Shown here: piece by piece, positions 61,101 through 64,000 of the stretch
How positions within the stretch are numbered: position 1 is the first letter of the stretch
Layout of the letters: every line of letters starts with the position of its first letter
Origin: a virus
IMG/VR virus record: IMGVR_UViG_3300012953_000020
Span: 1-64,000 of that record
Length of the DNA stretch: 64,000 bases
Reading direction: 5' to 3' (one strand)
Notes under the pieces: model-generated
Told to the model about the DNA's origin: nothing
The model's database searches: none
What the model saw: only the letters and a program-made list of their open reading frames with translations
Made by a program: the position numbers and the translations under genes

Positions 61101-61846
61101 GCTATAGAAAATGAAAAGTCAGCATTTCTACCGTCATCAATCCCAAAGTATTTTCCGTTAGCCGGGGATATGCCACTCTGCAAGGACAACCTCTGAGTTG
61201 ACGGCTGAGCTCTGTCTTCATAAAAAAGAGAAGAATAATTCTTGACTATGTCTCCGTCATCCGATGTCGGGATTGTTATAGATAGCCTTGACCCAGAAAT
61301 TTCGTTCCTTCTAAATGGTATAGAGCTGCTGACACAAAGCTCTGCTATATGGGGTGCAGCAGATAGTAGTTCTAGAGATCTAGGGTTGTATCTGGTAAGA
61401 ATCTTAGAGCTAAAATTCTCTGGTTGATACATGAAAAAATAGTTAGCTACAAAACTCTTTCCATCAACCGTAACCTGTTTGCTTATGAACGGAGAAATAT
61501 TAGAAAGAAAATTCGAATACTGCACAGACATATTGTCGACGTTGTTCGGGACAGAATCTGCATCTGATGATGCGGATACAATATACGTGTTCATAGCCCC
61601 ATCAGATCCAGATGCATTGAAAACTAGACTTGACTTAACACCTTCTATCTTTTGAAATTTTTGGTTAATAAAAACGATGTTGTTTAATCCATCGTCCTCT
61701 AGATATCTATTCTGTACTGCGTCGTCAACAAATCGATCAAAGACAAAGTTTGCTATGACGTTTCGACTAACGTTTATTCTGCCTTCTCGATGCTGAACAT
61801 CAGCTAGTAGGTCTGGTACAATTCTCTTCTTTCTGCTATCAAACAT
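46184..61846 (-). CDS. Giant putative virion protein, 5220 aa, with LamG domains and many inserted modules
   Basis: 15.6 kb open frame. LamG-like domains at about 60090-60700 (FSCWVR/WIHIAITYDG/YVNG/GLYADFGFW), 59370-59920 (ISAWIY/WHHVVVTYD/YING/GKIAEFAIW) and 55450-56030. Repeated Ser/Thr/Gly-rich modules. Confidence 0.85.
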   Translation of the reverse strand: MFDSRKKRIVPDLLADVQHREGRINVSRNVIANFVFDRFVDDAVQNRYLEDDGLNNIVFINQKFQKIEGVKSSLVFNASGSDGAMNTYIVSASSDADSVPNNVDNMSVQYSNFLSNISPFISKQVTVDGKSFVANYFFMYQPENFSSKILTRYNPRSLELLSAAPHIAELCVSSSIPFRRNEISGSRLSITIPTSDDGDIVKNYSSLFYEDRAQPSTQRLSLQSGISPANGKYFGIDDGRNADFSFSIADFDSSPTRRQYKVDSAAFTIFATGSAFSAFIPNAGYNLAARANYLPTGSAAPSTYEKAYASGSYDLIKDAKVWIGTFSASPANVGTETLAFAYNDTSHGTNAFVDQSVPAILPAAHNNMWRRSLDTAIDTHQHLSMGTRTQWDAISGASSGHISTFSCWVRPHSNQSPSDSATNSSDIQTIFSTQAGKYAIRIRSKSDISGKLEFHRSWSTTDLVVRTVESIVSIANASHADETSTATSRYETPGWIHIAITYDGTSASNIPIIYVNGRAASTTTVTAAAGTIQTVAIGGAGATVNETILGTDYGSNAATRYLKGLYADFGFWKRVLTVDEVHELYARPMSSYRSDQSLQKYVRLGTILTATGSATAIVPSYSVNDLSLKITSNTLGNKNHPAYTFIGGNDFVNVGTASQWSAIVGATSGTTKKVSISAWIYVTGNGTGNYPRIFDIGGDMFVYIVKDGTANNNKVGFYTKWSSSYGDWRTPAAVANLDNNWHHVVVTYDANNIANNPRMYINGVLITDNPDEIDEPLGTYVGFSSNTEAACIGNRHNGTRAFQGKIAEFAIWNSILTDSEIFTIYSATRLAYDNTVPTAANNITDLINADSDLNVSASVFNETDTFSYIKLEQKTSLVTVTSGLTQSIAIPSNAQKFSPVYFPDPVRRQQSCASFSNSQNSTTLFVDNPNLTTGKQLKLTDLTNTTVTFTFSESASSISGQDTSNVTVPIPASRLATLTVANLKSAIMASIASSAAGTLSNILTHSGDFEESLRLDIDKSYMRFTVKCPTITQANGKQIHLVDKLNNIYKLEVTNSASAATSDGHTAVRVAGAKTVSFTGNFTSSNIDPGDTLVISDGATTVTYTTATTSGGADASSNTQIGVGTSRASDVVVDEFVRKINASNLDVIALDVGASSAASVTITFSNTPTAGNAITIVALNADASTTTSATITAHASTTSATLFSVAGSSTSSAIALKSAIEQSTIASLVTVSAVSGAAITITQKAKGSAGNTTVTSNLANTTVGSASAASNGVFTGGDTAASLILQPKTRRTGDLSIRTISVTEHGDGQFGKTAGFCAVTDTDDVTLSATRVAAVLDGIIEDLPFSYIHGPESGASDDVSANAAFNTTLSGDTITVINHQPGAPASTPVEITPLGSTSFRKAFEIIVQSTGAETHASLEVSGTAYSEGFISAEFTSAEFPDPIYDIPETGQPLVANAYDGVSTVSANDYRIGDIVVRYDKNTNYLSFFDNLKSAISKPTLGGHVKTSTKTALSSWGTLSLQAGQQYGDSSITLSIGASSFPEFYKPGQAFYFTVGSVDYVYRTASGILKDQDVAVLTLDALNSTASGTSSSSPSEYGTLTKRQYIGAAVVGPTPKKVLHGTTLRDSKISLVLRTSEAFESAATAGGKRVRFVTGGEFGMGAFGSYNGGNAPRLRISDGTNYIDFAAVNYLDSKQLIVYIEAGTTISDLHGKTLTLRDSSNTLVTFTFSDATTSTSGTTIGIQGANDVKTLAARLKATVIAHPFNVDEYGSDETASFGANVRHYITFKSLASTQEHSTSASVSHLNFAYGIDVGGGNTNDNVVSHMVTRINANATMNVTATVVAGNTASDASLNIEGGTGATVTVTEDALNTNSGNFGEAAGNTLITNIPVAEGGPGTITFKSGSTDMTSKISNLGLSGFSGGFSSAAGMTQGSAGLKARGHKTIIVRVYNNEPVSGTDGVIFTMSGGGTSAKARYYLKADKTKFEFRLRPDGDVADSTYWNATIDRNAIGLPLDKWYTLVIAFSEAGFDYSDETNFMALYDSENHGAQVGHSTFSSVGSAPAGAQNAEDSLGSINPRLFIGYGSKTSGVATNFGTSPQQNADAASFYNNFNLAELSILDRKLSQDEASKIAESHLLLRTKSGFKSDLPKKFLERKFRELDIVGDSYSPFKDDLLSDQLASVDVAYPHMMPTGVTGSVVFTFSDMPVNDSAFSMRLPDGRDFQVVFDTTTTTADGFTLDNNTSVITDSSNIKAPVAAATRFGCGINSLSTQTAVVDQLQGLLNKIRKYSGIPVKVSRLSFNSIKIEYQAAGSASSEYNSSAKVVTFNNTFDTGNIPTSQVLQISNGTATSSYTTAAGSGDNLDHADSDKVGIGTDRAATLAVAELVAKINAVSSFGITAINNGGSSNKASMTLIPDFGKSLTITENPSSDNEFGKRADFCLIQPAPTSLCVVSSSPASNITVSDLRMSGLKSPDPRLVDFSSTPRDKKIVVGRKVAEDVKATIECSATGLQNFIEGSAVDQEYIENLLSDPTAERDINRQFVDVQNQPRSYKDNNTPLKPIISFVVQGIRYSARLDSKLTMASSNRYNVGTSDLTSSSDLATSLANSIADSVAKDNLPIEVSTNNAVITLTPNDPDASVSRVNFIGYGTSTQSPSSFLFDITGFNLMLNPDVSLAARESLFIREPSLTISKPFVDDDRMDIALSYFAAGSVLSGSASRFNAGTRNRVRIEIDINPSQKTTLGFTTGSADATSDGFAVANYNPMGYFNFADKKWESITKSTFSPKIETDRTAAAAGTTRNQAIIDAVAAFQDGAPIGFGGTYGFSIHRKDVLGLACAYISYVSGSAFSLTETHSNTLGSGASLLAASPASVTFGSSGNLTFADASAASDFASANPSGTLIEIKKDSTQHYVEIAMGTYAGGTSVVVPFTRSKHNAGISGGSLARADMESFKRIGTTGRGRQITAGHKLQLTSTDGTTKDYVFVDRDDFTTLSTGATVVDGAAVDRFGTSAVVTAKNGAVAVALTTTTSGVNNQSLLFQLKSAISVGHTDKINCTLPLDTQKSTWGSIVSLTASGSPSGFVVNSNLVVTFEIAFGRSYDAGTRLYFYVSPGTYRVYTLDSQVGPSAKVATLVPDLNYSTNVSAPVSTSDITDYGIVDPLKETPLKLEQVLPGAAGNQRIYNTIEPLRITGHAKVRYKLKYVGNPNSGQRICVVLDGTSDGYGNPGKSETQYRFFVSGTTGAISGRIVTVVVDSSSAKATYDNVMKAIIANNSGVEVSNTGSGNDGELVIDFYHDQVSIFPQVFLGNGSDDVVANATLTMEKTFTGAEAEDFAGKYTSFVGGIHTAENDRNRGTDFNDLHYAELPLRARPISSFGFPFSDTFKPSDGQRLNLSNYLDGPFMLEKFEIICSSSIRDEVQEGIARILPETSDDLPFSNYGNLNGVTYSNTDSSKSSSLISYMGLYDDRFRNIEAQRLYERFYPHTNRTQPFALLTNSYSNHGNRLTSFTKERLEKEGAYHRVGGNIYNRDDQFTGYLTSGDTSNATTNEGSAFWRCDTFFLMREKPCVDTTFSVPIPGAVKSTALDALTGPTGGRMYLQVFADGQSAFSGLVPETHPKTYEVYGHPYLIDYIAWPNPTAVLGHFFGSATDAHINIWLRTFTSDTNLPYLEITPHSPAFDPFIKNSIIKGRKYRIYSAGSGFPGSAELSNIYSSTPEAGDNTPASEAHAGVTYSNVFTALRTMNAVLKVTDGDGAHGMTAGQKITINSADGTVVDYFISDTGDGGRAHLATVTAGQTLKSNGSSPATTATLTSGATGIAVGFDFSSSPPTQHGVLTLLREAIVHSNGHNNKLVVSAVPSEASGIQRIYLSETNANTGSAAVSNITNLAVETTSANVKVREIPHKIRIYIVTSRGFDSFLDGPTVGAATTGADYAAWFGMLRRGILYDTATPVVINNDVNKRYSGEGLIFGIDAKNVYQQFAGAGPYYQPHIFELFLSIRQIIKFVQEYTNPIDNLPYISANSLTARLGGTTSDTLTVSIDNVSSLDFSSSDLQTEASITSNQDTNLSRYLYYTLDDRMRDFRGDQYQNTFAYEHSVSGGYGDPGLIRPFANATPVDATPSPHATSEFVYSGNTIDRPPSTDTAPGQEEYRSYIRAGGFNITSQSCSITNSTRELIAYSQVAYHGYAMMAYENSGKLGHYYFVNDPGHLYYRGTDHITASTGSNKQTMEHPHLGVFGSFETTGSNGLNLLENGLGRELNIKIDADPHDNPFVDVLYSSQGPRNTVTGLKFSIPKKVSSLNHSKKGSSGPFKGEDGTTDLVDNAGGSLAGITAPAGLQAIRFVSHATATSHANTYKGNYNLHSGLIAVKGSCKTTPKLAKYFPYRLAILDQYDNPSQATLPQFVNVSPTANFIGSYDFDGLGGTRAAKTVSGDAPSGQSFKLNQMSFYLDSFDQFDPTKDQYKSFFTEDISTGTNFEEENPYILEPEDDIVLGFQTAVPGFHSGFPSFVNLGGGQIPPQLDDMGNRQTVHSVGNRTRAIDTGKCIETTFGPHSQSKLVLYGSYIQNNVPRYPKRKTDYVNPGVVYSVIGDETYDQYELRLDSEFSGSMASEIISPTSFVRTNSSVSTITFGSRTNEVGGSPKALLTTGSVDRFMSIYKGDSSNISENHDLVFFDSLPVDISKYMPAHVPGKKIVPTKFLTSGSRQSDFSMSPVLLQVHTENGTYIDDNNLALFIGAPIRQRNTYFNDTLGSLYADTAESAPSATITQATTSITMGQLANIQLSVRGAVAAVSGGETQIEFRDHAADDGDFMIFNVTSIASSGGTRNVLNLEFVKGKENASISLHTNTRVIVRSKDHVDAATNLPISTFESQFVADWRHRFIFETYNFDEAGNRVNIFAEEDFDPADNRDLTKTEEFANFGLNTSDDKYNFAGKESGGTLKIFQSPTVKKQLTITNTNATAAFFDKSSNLNTDTLVSVMKATQGGDYSDVYHTFYDAGTQKIKITDLSGATLQPVYTDQIDQVNDSSFRQAAALLFGFGSGVNRNLMTVNTGSMSGHDGVGFPDNFTAAASDAYGGGNWNALPEQTRQTLEHPKGVKYGMMNYDHLRPKVVFRRNHFGYFCDLLEGRKLAVCTNVEGTFNNNNEISADNRTVTVETRFFDPARREITNNSALNLLFSQNLDRYQRSRVPFFDLPHPSRGGKGGRVRLNSEIIQEQISIFSPGDGDPFSEF

Positions 61847-63986
61847 ATCTTAAACCGCCAAAAGCTATGGAGTCTGTACCTGGGTGCGGTGAAGAAAAAT
61901 CAAAGCCGGCTCTTCTTCTAAAGTTTTCTGCGCCCAAATTTGTATCATCTATATGATTCAATTCCTGTACCTGTAGTACCAGTTTATCGATCTCATTAGA
62001 CTCTGGGTTGTTACCGTTCAAGGGGTTAGCTTGAAAAATCCTCTCCTCAGTGTCTATATAAGGTCTAATTCTGGCATCATTCTTAAAAATAATACCTGGC
62101 ACTCTTGCGTAAAAAACATTATTCGCCTGCTGGGTGGCATCTAGATCAGTGTATTGTATTAACGCTTGACCATTTTGGACCACCAACTCCGTAACTGTTG
62201 GGCAGTTGTCAAAGAAAGCCACATTCTTGGCTTCCTCAAAATTTATTTTGTTGTGTATAAGACATGCTTCGTTTCTTATAGAAGAAAAAGAATATTCACC
62301 GCCCATTTCCCCCTTAAGACCCCGCATAGGGGCTTCAGCAGTGTTTCTTTCTAGCATTAAGGTTCTTATGTCAAGAGGCTCTATGGTACCGTCAGTTTCA
62401 AAACCCAAGATATTCCCTAAATTATTTACCTGGACTGGGAACCTTACATGAGGTGATGCGGTTAGGAAAAAGACTGGATCGATGTCCAGTGTATTTGGAT
62501 AGTCGCCTGATACTAATCGAGGCCCGTTCATAGAAAGATCATCATAAAACTTTAAGTCGCTAGTTCTTTTTCCGAATCCAAAACTGCGCACTTCAACATC
62601 ATGATTAGGTTTTATATAGTGAGAAAGACCGGGGCCCGGGTCTCGAAGCTCTATGTTGAAAACAGGGGCGGAGAAATCCTCTATATTATAAACATTGTCA
62701 AAAGATCTAAAACCAAGACCCTCCATGGCCTCTACGCCGTTTCCTCCCCAATTTGGGTATGCGTCGCCATGAAGACTTGTTAACTTAACTGACTTGCTAG
62801 ATATGTAGTCATTCGCTCCTGAAAAGCCTGAAACTTCATAAGCTGCGGGTAAAGAGTCGGTGATATTGTTATTTCCTGCTGTACCGCCCACGACCTGCTT
62901 CATGTTCAGATGTTGTATTGTTGATGGGTCATCACCTGCCGAATTTACGCCACCAATGTAGATCACGCTATCAGAGTTACCTGCGTTATGACCGTTTTCG
63001 CTGTTGATAGCCTTAGCCAATTCAAGCAAAACGTCTCTTCTTTTAGCGGTGGACTTTATATTGACAGCGACTGTGCCTATACTCGCGTGCCCTCCGGAAA
63101 CTGTAGAACCGTCTGCGTAAGATGAACCTTGGCGTATTATTTCGCCTGTTTGAATTGCTTTATTTCCCGATGAACCCCCGTGCACGATTGTGTACGTTTT
63201 GGCAAGATCAGAAGTGGAAGTTAAACTAATAGAGTTTAAAGCAGTTGTTCCATGAGCCGCAGTGTCTGCGTCTTCGACCTTTATACTAGCGGCAGCGTGA
63301 TTAATCGCTGGTGTAACTTTTAGGTTACCATCTGATACAGCTAAAGCGATCGTGTCATAAACTCTGTTTTTTAAATCGTGTGCGTTCTGGACACCTTTGG
63401 TACCGATGTGGTAAGCGTTTACAGGAAACATCTCTTGGACAGTTCCGTGGTTTGTGCCGTCAGTGCCGCCCCCTAGAACGCCGCCGTTATCTCCCTCAAT
63501 GACTGAAGTTGCAACAAAAACCTCTCCTACATTAGGCGAATTTGAAGATGCACCTAGGGCCTTCCAGTTTGTTGTGGATGCTACACTCAGTATCTTATAT
63601 TCTTTCCTCTTTCGTAAGGAATCTTTATCATTCACCTTTATAGCTGGGTTTGGTACGTGGGGAGAGATAATAGGAGTGTAAAGCGCTTCGTTAGATGACA
63701 GATAAATTTTCTTTGAGTCTTGATTAAACGACCCAGGACTAGAAAGAGTAGAAGCGTTACCTGATTCAAAGAAACCAGTCACATCATCTCTCATAAAAGA
63801 AAAATATGTGCTTTTGTCGCTAGAAACAAGACCCTCTGTCATAGAAATCTCTATGCTGGTTAATTTGGTCGTGGTCTCAAAAATAGATATAGTATATTGA
63901 AAATTTGCCTCAGAAACTGTTTTAAGAACAAAATTTAGAGGGGTAGCCTTAGTCAACTTATCCAAAAGCTCCTTGAATAAATTCAT
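61839..63986 (-). CDS. Putative virion protein, 715 aa, containing an inserted module shared with the giant protein
   Basis: Long ORF overlapping the start of the giant gene; module AAASIKVED...LAKAINSENGHN...QVVGGTAGNNNIT...GFSG. Confidence 0.75.
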   Translation of the reverse strand: MNLFKELLDKLTKATPLNFVLKTVSEANFQYTISIFETTTKLTSIEISMTEGLVSSDKSTYFSFMRDDVTGFFESGNASTLSSPGSFNQDSKKIYLSSNEALYTPIISPHVPNPAIKVNDKDSLRKRKEYKILSVASTTNWKALGASSNSPNVGEVFVATSVIEGDNGGVLGGGTDGTNHGTVQEMFPVNAYHIGTKGVQNAHDLKNRVYDTIALAVSDGNLKVTPAINHAAASIKVEDADTAAHGTTALNSISLTSTSDLAKTYTIVHGGSSGNKAIQTGEIIRQGSSYADGSTVSGGHASIGTVAVNIKSTAKRRDVLLELAKAINSENGHNAGNSDSVIYIGGVNSAGDDPSTIQHLNMKQVVGGTAGNNNITDSLPAAYEVSGFSGANDYISSKSVKLTSLHGDAYPNWGGNGVEAMEGLGFRSFDNVYNIEDFSAPVFNIELRDPGPGLSHYIKPNHDVEVRSFGFGKRTSDLKFYDDLSMNGPRLVSGDYPNTLDIDPVFFLTASPHVRFPVQVNNLGNILGFETDGTIEPLDIRTLMLERNTAEAPMRGLKGEMGGEYSFSSIRNEACLIHNKINFEEAKNVAFFDNCPTVTELVVQNGQALIQYTDLDATQQANNVFYARVPGIIFKNDARIRPYIDTEERIFQANPLNGNNPESNEIDKLVLQVQELNHIDDTNLGAENFRRRAGFDFSSPHPGTDSIAFGGLRYV

Positions 63987-64000
63987 GAACCGTCTTTTTA

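Noticed and set aside
46184-61846. Calling the giant protein a tail sheath or tape measure
   Set aside because: Only small sheath-insert-like modules are seen. There is no recognisable sheath core and no long Ala/Gly-rich helical tape-measure pattern.
1123-63681. Numerous other plus-strand ORFs (e.g. 4425-4868, 9815-10468, 36094-36591, 53748-54200) and short alternate-frame minus ORFs
   Set aside because: All lie within or across long, well-supported minus-strand genes and carry no recognisable motifs.
1-64000. CRISPR array, tRNA, rRNA, transposase or integrase
   Set aside because: No regularly spaced repeats or such motifs were seen. Intergenic gaps are short and AT-rich, with no tRNA-like structure.
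1-64000. Stop-codon reassignment
   Set aside because: Multi-kilobase ORFs are intact under the standard code, and TAA, TAG and TGA all end genes that abut the next start.

Overview
This 64 kb window looks like part of a large tailed-phage genome (T4-like head module; probably a jumbo phage, inferred from 2737- and 5220-aa ORFs). All credible genes are on the minus strand, tightly packed, and use the standard code, many with Shine-Dalgarno-like leaders. In transcription order (right to left): a block of very large Ser/Gly/Thr-rich putative virion proteins (LamG, FN3, fibre-like and tail-collar-like motifs, 63986-13156); a replication/recombination cluster (RuvC-like resolvase, primase, single-chain Mre11-Rad50 fusion); then the head-assembly module (large terminase, portal, prohead protease, small acidic proteins and a truncated probable scaffold). 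The most striking feature is the architecture of the structural proteins. About 100-aa modules from a few families are inserted in-frame into several unrelated genes and often inside one another (nested). The 622-aa and 1675-aa paralogues act as an internal 'empty vs filled' control, differing by six insertions of about 100 or 200 aa. Two candidate promoter motifs and one clear UUCG-loop terminator are also visible. All family assignments come from motif recognition by eye, not database searches.
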